Assembly (NCBI GenBank): GCA_009103225.1
Contig: RHPI01002990.1
Span: 700,767 to 764,766 of the forward strand
DNA length: 64,000 nucleotides
Reading direction: 5' to 3'
Source of the DNA: Chlorokybus atmophyticus
Lineage: Eukaryota > Plantae > Mesostigma and Chlorokybus algae
Below, piece after piece: positions 26,252 to 37,108 of this stretch. The notes under the pieces are model-generated. The model searched no databases and was not told the origin of the DNA. It saw only the letters and a program-made list of their open reading frames with translations. The first letter of the stretch is position 1, and each line of letters opens with the position of its first letter. The position numbers and the translations under genes are program-made.

Positions 26252-27290
26252 TCAAACCCCCTCCTCCTGTTCCTCCTCCGACGAGTCTTCTGCTTCAACG
26301 CCGGAGTCATCTTCATCCGCTGCCTCGCTCGCTGACAGTACAGCGGCTACTTCGTCCTTCAGCTTGAATGTCAGCGCCTCGCCGTGCACGCGCATGCGCT
26401 TGATGGTCGCTTTGAGAGTGACCACCTGCATTTGGTAATGCTGTAAGAGTGGCGTGCTGCCAGAGGACTAGCCCATCAGCATACACACGCTTACCTCGTC
26501 TTCCGCTTTGTTGCACTCCGCCAGGCAGACAGTCAGCCTGCCGCGCTGCTCTTGGTTCACTCTGACCAACATGGCAATCTGCAAGCATACTGCTTAATTA
26601 CCGCTGGAAACATTAAACTAGGTCATAGATTACCCGTTCGTTTGACTCCGCAGCTTCTCTTTTGCGACTTGTGAGCTCCCGCAAGTAGAAATAGGCTGTG
26701 CATTTGCGAGATTGGTCATGCTGTTCATGTGCATGACACTGGAGGTTGTGCATGAGGGTGTGCATGTCGTATCGACAATGTATGTCAAGTGCAAGATACT
26801 TGAGGCTGTGCATGTGCAAGATAAAAGAACCCTAGCATGTGGCATTGACAGTGCATCGTAACCCACCTTGGTTATGCCAGTCTTGTTTGGTCCCTTCAAT
26901 CATGTCGCCGTGGTCGCAGCTGCTGGTGGGTCGGATTTTCTTAGAGGCAGTATTTTGGTGTGCCTTTGCCCACTCGGAGGGGGAGCCCTGTAAGATATCG
27001 CCCGAGTCACTGTTGTCATTGGATGTGCCCTTGGTAGTCTTGGTGGGTTTGACACCGAGGACACCCCTCCGGCACCCTGCCCGCCCTGTGCGAACATGGG
27101 ATTCATCCCGGACCTCGACCACAATGCCCACTACGCCCCTGGCAGCGCCGCCAACGATCTTCCAAACGCCACATACCCTCGGCATCACGCCCCTGTAAGG
27201 GCATAGCTTGGCGGAGCTATCAATGGTGTTTTCATGCGCAGGGGGATTGACATTGCCAGAGTTGTCAATGGTACGAACTGCCATTGCCAT
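26252..27290 (-). CDS. Transposon accessory gene: four exons, predicted coiled-coil plus acidic C-terminal tail, unknown function
   Basis: Phase-consistent GT-AG splicing gives ...WHNQ|AYFYLRELTSRKREAAESNER|IAMLVRVNQEQRGRLTVCLAECNKAEDE|VVTLKATIKRMRVHGEALTFKLKDEVAAVLSASEAADEDDSGVEAEDSSEEEQEEGV* (TGA at 26252-26254). The start is uncertain. Confidence 0.6.
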
Positions 27291-27396
27291 TGTACAAAGG
27301 TACCATTAAAATGGTACCTTTGTACCATTAAGGTACCATTAAAATTAAGGTACCATTAAGGTACCATTAAAATGGTACCTTTGTACAATGGCAATG
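27282..27396. repeat. 115 bp palindromic cassette of GGTACC repeats between divergent transposon genes
   Basis: Perfect 26 bp arms cattgccattgtacaaaggtaccatt / aatggtacctttgtacaatggcaatg enclose further aaggtaccatt repeats. A second perfect palindrome, tcgtaccattataatggtacga, lies at 27501-27522. Confidence 0.9.
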
Positions 27397-27679
27397 TCTT
27401 TTGGCAAAGGCATCTTCGTACCATTGACACGGTTCAATCAGATGTATATATATGTATATAAAAACATCCAGAGACTTACCCTGGACGTGCAATGGCTCGA
27501 TCGTACCATTATAATGGTACGACGGAGCCAGTGACTGGCGGCCAAGTTTCCCGCCTCTGGCATGCAAGGGTAGCGGTAGCGGTGGCGGTGGCGGCGGCGG
27601 CGGCGGCGGCGGGTGTGCGTGTTGCTGGATATGATGCAGGTTACATTGGCGACACCTGTGTCGACGTTAGTAGTGAGAT

Positions 27680-30600
27680 TTGGGAGTCCTTTGTCCGTAT
27701 TGCCACATGCGCTTCGCCACACGCAGCTCGGTCTACATGCACATTATTAGCAGCAGGGTGTGCAAGCAGATCAAGCTGTATGTCGGCCAGCGTCCATTAC
27801 AGTACGATGCGGGTCATGTTGAACCGGGGAGTTCGATCCAGGATGCTCACATGCTTGATGCTGAAGGATTCCTCCAGGAGACACACGCACAGCAGCAACA
27901 GGAGGAGGAGGAAGTGAACGAGGGCTTTCGATGTGTGCGTGTGCCTGAGAAACCTGTGGCACGCCAACATGGAAGTGGAGGCGTCCCTTCGCACGCGTCG
28001 GAATCCAGGTGGTATGGCTCGGAGCATGCTCTTGCAGTGGCATTCGTGCAGTGCAACAACGGCCAAGGCCTGTCGGCCTCCGACATGGGGCGGATCATCA
28101 AGTGCATCCGAAATGCACACTTCCTGACGGAAGAGCTCCAGTGGGAGACCGGTGTGCATGCGGCCAGCTACCTCCGGACCACGATTGCTTTCTCTCAGTC
28201 TGAGGTGTGTTCACGGTGTGCGGTGCATGTGCTTCAACCATCAGAGCCATGTCACATATGCACATGCGAGTGTGCTGCCGTATCAGAACTACGTGACGGC
28301 TGACCTGCGCAAGCCTGGAGACCCTGAGGATCAGGACATCTGCGTCACATATATGCCGGCCAAGGTCTGTGAAATGCAGTACCTAATGCAGTATCGATGC
28401 AGTATCTATTCTGAGGCCAGCATAGTAAGTAATGCTCTTGGTCGGAGCAGGTATGGCTCGCGCGGTTGTATGGCAATCCACATGCCGCCAATGGCTTCAA
28501 TCTCCAGTACACTGGTGACGAGCACAGCTTTGGCCATCCTTCCACGGGCGATTGGTGGAAGGATGTGGAGGTGGATTTGAGGAGAGAGGTGGGGGAAGCG
28601 TCCTACTTGGCGCCTGCCATTCTGTACAGTGACAAGACCACGCTGGACAGCGCGGGCAAGCGCTCTGGCTACCCTCTGATGGCATCGCTTGCCAACTACA
28701 GTTGGGACATGTATGCTAGCAACATGGGGGTTGTTATGATAGCGCTTCTGCCGGTGGTTCACGCAGTGGCCGGGCATCCCACCTGGGCGCAGGGCAAGGA
28801 ATCGTTCTCCATTCGGAAACGTGAGATTTTTCATGACGCTTTGAATGTAGTGTTAGGGGATGTGAAGCGGGCGAGTTGGGAAGGTCTGCAGCTCATCGAC
28901 CCGAATGGCATCGAGCGTCGTGTGTTTCCCGCGCTTGCCAACAACATCAGCAATTTGCAGGTAGTGGGCATGAATGGTTGTAACCGGATGCAGCCTGCCA
29001 GCAAACAGTGCATGGAGGATGTTGTCAGTAGAACATCTGAGTTTGTCGTGTTGTAGGAGACTGCCACACTCGCACGCACTGTGTCGGGCAACCAAACACG
29101 ACATCCTTGCGATGTTTGTCTCGTCACCAAATCAGATCTGTTGGAGATGGATGAGGACCGGGAATTGAGAACCGAGGCCTTCTACACACCAGCAATACGT
29201 CAGCTGCGGGCGGACCTGCATAGCGGTGTTAGGAATGCACGCCAGACAGCCAAGGCTTTCAAAGAGCAGCACTCCATGCATGTCGAGGAGGTAATGGTCA
29301 AATTACCGGCATTCGTGAGGATGAATGGCTTTCCGTGAAACCAGGCAATGTGGTTTGGCAACAGAATGCACTGTGGGGTTGGCGACAGTCGCGGGTGCCG
29401 GGAGCTGACTGCTACTCTCGTCTTGCCCCTGACGCAATGCATGTGCTGGGAGGCATCATTGACCACCTGCTTGCTGCTGTGTACGACGCCGCGAAGGAAC
29501 GAATGCGTCCATCCACGAGACAGATTCTGCAGGCCAGGCACGTCTTTGGTGTTGCTTTTGTGTTGAACACAAAAGCCAACAACACGTGCTCACGAGCAGA
29601 TGTGCACAGGCTGAATGCATGCAAGGCGACTCTGCGGGTTTCGCACTTCAAGGCACCCACAAGCACAGTAGATTTCTTCCTGTCCGACCACTCCTTTCAG
29701 GTGGTGGAGAAAGTGGCGGTGCTGCAGCTGCTGCCGGTCCTCGCAGACGGTTTGCTGCTCGACAGTGAGGGCAACGATTTCTTCACCATTGCTGCCGCAT
29801 CGCTTGCCCAGTGGAACAAGAAGTTGCTGAAGGCGCATGAACACACAAGAGAGACCCTGACCACAGCCGACAACGAGCTGGCTGCCTTCAAAGCTGCAGT
29901 GTTGCATCCGCTACTGTCGTCATATTCTGCACAGAAGTCAGGTTGGAAGATCGAGAAGATGCATCAGCTCACTCATTTTGGGCCGGCAATTGTCAGCAGT
30001 GGACACCCAGATTGGTTCAGCGCCAACCGCATGGAGCAGACGCACGCCCAAAATATCAAACGGTGGGCGCGTGGTGGCAACAACCGGGACTACCAGGCAC
30101 GTATCCTGAAGGCATGGAGCTGTGCGGAATATGTGAGAGAGGATGGCATGGTCGTGGATCCCGAGATGCGCTCGGTCATGGCGCAGGCGCGGCAGCAGTG
30201 CTGTAATGTCATGGAGAAGACGGACAAGTTGCTACGGATGGATGTGCTGACAAGGAGGGAGTCCAGCCCGTACTGGAGCGGATCTGCGCGTAGCCGCCAA
30301 GTCGCCTTGAAGACTCCATTTGCCGACAAGCTGCCTGCCACCCTGGACAGCTGGTTGAGGAGGGAACAACTGGAGTTGGCCGACGGGTGGCGTGCTGTTC
30401 GCGTGGTGAACGGAGGCGCAGCGGTGTACATGACATCAGGAGTCAGCATGGCGCGCGCAACTGGGATGTTCCATGGGCGGCCTTGGTTCTCTACACTTGA
30501 GTTGGAAGGTGATGAGGACGGTGTGAACGTGACGTGGTGGGCTCAGGCACTCCTTTTTCTGCGCGTGGTGGTGTGGGGTGGTAGCGGCGAGCGCGTGTGG

Positions 30601-30822
30601 AAGGAGGTCGTGTTTGTCCGCTGGTACACGAAGCTGGATGTGACGAGCGACACAAAGTGCATCGCTCTGGAATGGGAAAAGCGTCGAGGCGGTCCACATC
30701 TCGATGTCGTGACTCTGGAGCAAGTAAAAGGCATTGTCCAGCTGCTCCCCATGTTTGACAAGGACAGCGCCCGTGTACAAGAGGGCAAGTATTGGGTGAA
30801 CGTTCACTGCACTTCCACGTGA
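27680..30822 (+). CDS. Plavaka transposase with an N-terminal C2H2 zinc finger (multi-exon)
   Basis: CPYCHMRF..VYMHIISSRVC; GDWWKDV; PAILYSDKTTLDSAGKRSGYPLMASLANYS; DPNGIERRVFPALAN; HPCDVCLV; LAPDAMHVLGGIIDHLL; KMHQLTHFGPAIVSSGHPDWFSANRMEQTHAQNIK; C-terminal EVVFVRWY...VKGIVQLLPMF. The true start is probably slightly upstream. Confidence 0.85.
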
Positions 30823-31059
30823 CACATGTACTTGTCTCACTACTCTGAGTTTGGAGCATATCAGTCAGTTAGGCATTGCTAATCGTATGCTAAGACTTTT
30901 GCATGTGGACGTGTACAATACCGGGCAGCTGTAATTGCACAACTGTCACCACAATCGAATGATCCATGCAACATTCAACAATCAGTCCGCCGTGTGGCAT
31001 TAAGCATCAGTACAGTGCACCACACTCAAGCCTCACAGTTCCATGACACAGGAGGGTAG

Positions 31060-32286
31060 TCACAGCGCATCCATTGTTTCAAGCATGAGACGCCCTATGC
31101 ACTCCGCCATTGCGGGAGGAACTGCATTCGCTATGGAAACGGCCGAGGTCATCCATGGCACTCCCAGCGCTGTTTGCCACGCAGCAATGCCGCCCCTGGT
31201 GCTTGGAAGGCCATAGACCGGGTACATCTGCTGTGGCGCGTTTGATGTCACGATTGTCTTCTTCGCGCTAGCGGACAGGTGCGGCGATAGCAGTCCAACT
31301 GCCTTGCCCGCGTGCGAGCAGCGTGCTGGTGGGGTAGCTACCACTGGCTGTGTCTCAAACAGACGGTGTCGGAAAGTTGATAGGCCAAACATCGTGCCAC
31401 AAAGGGACAGATTGGGTCTGAATGAGGAAGCTGCTCCTGGCACATTCTCAATCACAAACTTGTACTAGCTTGCAAGCAGCAGACGTCGGACGAGCGGTAT
31501 CATATCCTGGTGTCTCCAGGATGTGCCATGTGCCGCCCGTTGAGGTGCCGGGATAGCACCTGAATAGGCCTGGCATGGTGGACTGGCCCAGATGAGCTCG
31601 TACTCGCTCAGCTCTCCTGCACTCAGGGTGCATACATCGCGGTGTATGAAGGGCAGCGGGTACTCAGAGGAGGGACTTATGTCCATCCCGGTCACGTCAA
31701 AGCCTGCGTGGTATAGACCGACACTGGCACCGCCACCGCCGCAGAATAGGTCGAGTGCCCTTGGTCTGCGTGTGCGTCCCAGCTTGTTGTCAAATGGCGT
31801 GTATGTGGTCAAGGCTGGCCGTGGTGCTGGCCAGGGACTAACAATGATGCCGTCCGGGCTTACTTTGCGACTGACGTTCTCCCCTCCGGCGCGCAGAACA
31901 TGGCGTGCCCCGTCAACTGATGTGTACGCGAATACGTTGTGCCCTTTGAAGTTGATGGTTTGTGGTCGATCACCGTCATCGAATACTATACGGTGCTGCC
32001 CTGCAAAGACATTTTCCATTGCACCATGCATATATGATGCGTCCTCAATCTCGCACGCCACGAAGCGATGCTGACCTGACGCTTGCTTGAATGATTCCAC
32101 AACGCCCGCATACCATTCCCCATCCAGCGGCCAATGCACCATGACACTCACACCGATCAGCTGCTCGCATCCCAACTTGACTGCGTTCCGCAGCCGATGC
32201 AGTGCGCTGTCCAACGGTCGATGGTCTGCCTCCTCTACAGCGGCCAGGGGATGGAACTGCCCACGCCCACACCGTGCAAGACTGCT
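31060..32286 (-). pseudogene. Tudor domain fused to a phage/bacterial-type C5 cytosine DNA methyltransferase; one premature TAG; 5' exon missing
   Basis: Removing a 75 nt GT-AG intron (32001-32075) gives the Tudor LIGVSVMVHWPLDGEWYAGVVESFKQASGQHRIVFDDGD. MTase motifs follow: I (ALDLFCGGGG), IV (WASPPCQ), VI (VIENV), VIII (RHRLFE) and IX-X (WQTALGVPWMT..IANAVPPAMAECIG). In-frame TAG at 31465-31467. Confidence 0.88.
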
Positions 32287-32357
32287 CTGAATGCGACAAC
32301 AGCTTCAACATGCATGAAATAAGCATACGCCCAATATAACATGCAGTGATACGTCGC

Positions 32358-35300
32358 GGTCCACTCTTGTAGACGCTTGGTGGAACCAAGTCGAAGTGAC
32401 TTTGGCTACGGTTCCAGAAAGGCAAAGGTTGGGTTTTGCCGCGGGATACTTAGGTCCAGAACCACTTCAGTTGTGAAAGGACCATAGGTCTCATTTGGTT
32501 GAGCCCACCTTTGAATCCCTAAAGGAGTTTTTGTTTAGCCAATATAGGACAGTGGACCCCGGGCTTGATGCCAGGGATAAGCTATCCGACTTGAAACAAT
32601 CGGGCAAGTTGATCACGGAATTTGTGAGCCAATTCAACCTGTTAGCGGCTCAGGCTGCAAATGGGGGAAAGCCACTAAGCCTGATTGAGAATGCCGACCT
32701 ATTCATTCGAGCCTTGGATTCTAAGCTCCAAAAGCAACCAGATATTATGCGGTTGCAAAAGACCGATATAGAGTGGACTCAGGAGAAGTTCACGGAGCTT
32801 GAGAACATGGCGAGATGGGTCGGCCGGAATTTGGCTAGCATTAACAAAAGGGATAGAGAAGAGGGTGGAGACAAATCCGGGGGAGGAAAGGGAAAGAGGA
32901 GAAAATGATTTGCCCCCCAATCGGAGATGGAAAGTCCGGTTGAAAACTTTTCACCTTGAACTTTTCACCTTGAAGGAGAAGTCTTCAAAGACCCCTCTAA
33001 AGAAAAAGGGTAAAAAGCCGTTTGGCAAGAAACCCTTTAAGCCAGCCTACCAGGGCAAGGCAAGACTCTCCAGTGAAGAGAAGGAGAGAAGAACTCGCGA
33101 AGGTTTATGCTTCAATTGTGGCGAAAAGGGGCATATGGTCTCCAAGTGCCCGGAGAAGGGAGCAAAGCCGACCGAGGATCCCGCCAAGTGACGGTGTGGG
33201 GTGGTTGCTTGTATAGGAACGGCGCCAGAAGAGCAGAGTAGTGGGCGACTTGAGAACAATAGTTGTATAGCTACAACGATGAAGTTGCCTATGAAATGCG
33301 ATGTTTGTTTTGGGAATGAGTTTGAAGATTTGCCAAGGATCAATTCACTTGAGGTAGGGCATGAGCGAATTCTCATATGCGTGCCACTTCGTGAGTTAAC
33401 AAGTACTTTGACAAATTATTGGCAACTAAAGCAAACTAACCCCGAAATTAAGGCGTGTGTTCTAACACCCAAATATTATGATAAGTGGAAAAGGTTAGGC
33501 GGTATGCGCCGTGTGGGCACATTACCAAAGGCCAAATCACCTTTTGCCACTGACTTGCAAATGTGGTGTGATGATGCAAGTGATCGCCGAGGTTCACAAA
33601 TAAATCCTAGGCTAAGTATGGTCTTCGATGCATTAGTGAATGATAGGGCATGTGGTGTCTTAGTTGACACTGGTGCCTTAAATAATTTTGTAAGTGCCGA
33701 ATTGGCAAAAAGGGTCTCGGCCACCATTGAAACTACCAATGCTAGGGCAAGCCTAGTAGGTGAGTTACATTGTGAAGTAAGTGGCGTGACAGAGTTGCTA
33801 ATTCGAATGGGGGATTATAGGACCAAAATTAAGCTGTATGTGGTCAAGTCCCTTATTCCAGGCATAGACGTGATATTAGGTGATAGTTGGCAAAAGCACG
33901 TGAAGTTAGAATTAACAAGCGTGCCACCTTCTATTACAATCACACAAGGTGACAAGCGTTTTGCTTTGACACCTAGTAGGAACCGTAAGCCTAACAGAAG
34001 GAGTACCCACCATCGACCCAATGGATCAATGGTTAAAGGGTGACTCCGAATTGGCTGTAGGTTGCCTAAGCATAGTGGGGGACTTGGAAGAGTCAAGTGA
34101 AATTGATTGGGAAAAGGTACACCCGGTGGTGAGGGAGTTTATGGATATATTCTCCGCGGATCTACCAAGTGCACCGGCAAATAGGTTTGTCTCCCATTTA
34201 ATCCCACTAAAGAAAGGGGCTGGGCCTCCGCCGTTAAGGCCATTGTATAGGCTAAGTCCCAAGGAACGTGATGAAGCAAAGAAGCAGGTGAACTATCTCC
34301 TAGAAAAGGGTTTGATAGTCGAATCGCAAAGCCCCTATTCGGCTAATGTAATTTTTGCCGAAAAGAAGGGAGGCAAGCTCCGAATGTGTGTTGATTATAG
34401 GTCATTAAATGCACAAACGGTGATGAATGCCTTCCCCTTACCGCGTTTGGATTTGGATTTCGATGATTTGTATGATCAACTAGTTAGGAAGTCGTGGTTT
34501 AGCACCCTCGACCTAACTAGTGGTTACCACCAAATACCTATCGCGATAGAAGATAGGTATAAGACAGGGTTTAAAACCCCTATGGGTCATTACGAATATA
34601 CGGTGATGCCATTTGGCTTGTGCAATGCGCCAGCCACATTCCAAGCGGTAATGAAGTATTTAAAGAGGAGGTAGGGAAATTCGTCCTAGTGTACTTGGAT
34701 GATGTTATTGTATTTTCAAGTACAAAAGAGGAACATGTGCTTCATTTACGAAAAGCCTTGAGTAGGCTAAGGGAGCATAAGTTCTTGGCGAATTTCAAGA
34801 AGTGTGACTTCTTTGCAAGGGAAGTAGAGTACTTGGGTAATATTGTAAGTGAAGATGGAATAAAAGGCGATCCAAAGAAACTCGAAAGGGTTAAAGACTG
34901 GGCTGTTCCTAAGAATGTAACGGAATTACAGAAATTCTTGGGTTTTTGCCTATGGTTCCGCCGTTTTATTTTAGGCTATTCAATTATAGCCGCTCCACTC
35001 ACTACTTTGACAAGTACTCGAAAACCCTTCGAATGGGGTCCTAAAGAGCAACAAGCCTTTGAAAGGCTTAAGGCTGCTATGACCTCACTTCCGGTATTGA
35101 AGTTGCCGGAAATGGACAAGCCATTTGAGGTAATAAGTGATGCCTCTTTGGCAGGAACCGGGGCTATACTAGTGCAAGAGGGGCATCCAGTAGCCTTTGA
35201 GAGTTTCAAGTATAAGCCCACGGAGAAAAATTACTCAACCACCGATCAAGAATTATTAGGTGTTGTGAAAGCGTTGCATAGATGGAGGTGTTACTTAGAG

Positions 35301-36949
35301 GGGAGACCTTTTAAGGTGATAACTGATCACAACCCCTTAGTACACCTAAATACGCAACCTAATTTGTCGCGACGCCAAGTAAGGTGGCATGAGTATTTGG
35401 TGCGATATGATTTTGATTGGGAATATAGGCCAGGTAGGATAAATGCGGCAGATCCTTTAAGTAGGCATCCCGCATTGTCCGAGGATTTGGCGTTACTTGC
35501 ATTGGATTATGTGAGTGACATTCCTAACCAAATAATCGCAAGTTATACTAATTGCCCGGAGTTCCTTTTGGAATTCAACCAAGTGTTAAAACCACATGGG
35601 GCATTTTGGTATAAAGATGAAGAAAAGATTGCGGTTTCAATGGATAGGTCACTTAGGTCAAAGGTGATTGAAGAATCACATAATCCCCCTTACGGTGGCC
35701 ATTTTGGTATAAGGAAAACTACCGAGTCTTTGGCTAGAAGGTATTGGTGGCCGACCTTAAGAATTGATGTCGAAAGCTTTGTAAAGAATTGTGACTCATG
35801 CCAAAGGAATAAATCCGTAAGGACAAAACCGGCCGGGAAATTACAACCGTTACCCATACCAGAGGGGGCTTGAAAGTCAATATTAGTTGACTTTATAGTC
35901 CAATTACCTAAAACGGTAAAAGGGAATAATGGAATGGTTGTGTTTGTAGACCGGTTTAGTAAGGTTGTTCACTTAAAACCAACTCCTCCAAAATTTACGG
36001 GCGAGGATTTTGCCCATGCCTTTTTCAGGAGATGGTACTCACAACATGGGATGCTCGTGGATATGATTTTGGATAGGGATTCGCGGTTCATTCTTCCGCT
36101 TTTTGGCGTGAATTATTTGAAACACTGAATTTGGATAATAAGTTATCCACCGCGTTTCACCCTCAAACAGATGGGCAAACCGAGCGTGTGAATCAGACAG
36201 TGGAACAACTATTGAGGCATTACTCACTAAAGAATATTAGAGATTGGGATACATATCTCCCTTTCGTTGAGTATGCCATCAATGATTCAGTGAATGAGTC
36301 AACGTGGATGACACCATTTTATATTGGTTATGGCCGCCATCCATTAAGTCCAGTTGAGGCTTTAATGGAGAATATGGGGGCTAGGAAAAGAGTCAACCCC
36401 TCGGCTCAAATTTTGGCTCAACGATTAGGGCAGGTGCAAAATGAGGCCAAGAGGGCCTTATTAGCAACCCAAAATCGTATGCGTCAATATGCCGATGCCA
36501 AGAGGGCAGAGGCCATGTTTGAAGTGGGACAAGAAGTCCTACTTAGCACAAAGAATGTGAGGATGGAGTCTCTCAATGGGGCCCGAAAGCTATTACCCCG
36601 ATGGCTTGGACCATTTAAGGTAATAGAAAAGATAGGGGCTGTGGCATTCAAGTTAGAATTGCCACCGAGTCTTAAAATACATAATGTATTTCATGCCTCG
36701 CTATTGAGAACCTATCACTCAGATGGGTCGGTGCAGCCACCACCACCCCCAATGTTTATAGAAGGAGATTGGGAGTATGAAGTGGAGGGAATAATAACCC
36801 ACAAAGGCCGGTCAGGCAGATCTCCCAGTTACTTTGTGAAATGGAAGGGTCATCCGTTCGAAGCATGTGAATGGGTTGACGAACCTAACATGCGATCACC
36901 GCTTCTGATAAAGAAATATTCGAGGGAGCTAACGGTTGGCCAAAGATGA
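32358..36949 (+). pseudogene. Gypsy gag C-terminus (CCHC knuckle) and pol (protease, RT, RNase H, integrase, chromodomain) with stops and frameshifts
   Basis: CFNCGEKGHMVSKC; LVDTGALNNFV; LRMCVDYRSLN; DLTSGYHQI; VYLDDVIVFS; SDASLAGTGAIL; GGHFGIRKT..CDSCQ; STAFHPQTDGQTERVN; EYEVEGIITHK..YFVKWKGHP (chromodomain). TGA at 35871-35873 and frameshifts near 32.9 kb and 34.65 kb. Confidence 0.95.
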
Positions 36950-37108
36950 AGTCCAGGTAGGTCCATTTCTGAAAATATATATTTTCCGCCTTTAGAAGTA
37001 GTTCCACGTTTTTACCTATCAAGTTACTGATCATGGCTTGTTTTCCTAGGTTGGAAAGCGTGGAGAAAGAAATTGAGCAGAGACGCTCAATAACTAAAGG
37101 GGGAGCTT

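Larger units (their letters stand above)
25690..32357 (+). mobile_element. Plavaka-type DNA transposon (right end apparently truncated) carrying an accessory gene and a Tudor-C5 DNA methyltransferase
   Basis: Interrupts gag. Starts with the TIR GTCGCAAATTTTACACGG shared with the outer element. Contains a Plavaka transposase and two passenger genes. ATACGTCGC is present at both junctions. Confidence 0.85.

Noticed and set aside
31465-31467. TAG in the MTase read as Gln under a ulvophycean-type alternative genetic code
   Set aside because: Conserved host exons use CAA/CAG for Gln, and TAG appears to terminate the GSDH, ankyrin and lipase genes, so a premature stop is more parsimonious.
9732-32286. 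Functional link between the SAM synthetase copy and the transposon MTase (SAM supply)
   Set aside because: The MAT copy is ~14 kb outside the element, has a host-like intron structure and is itself disabled. Proximity alone is not evidence.
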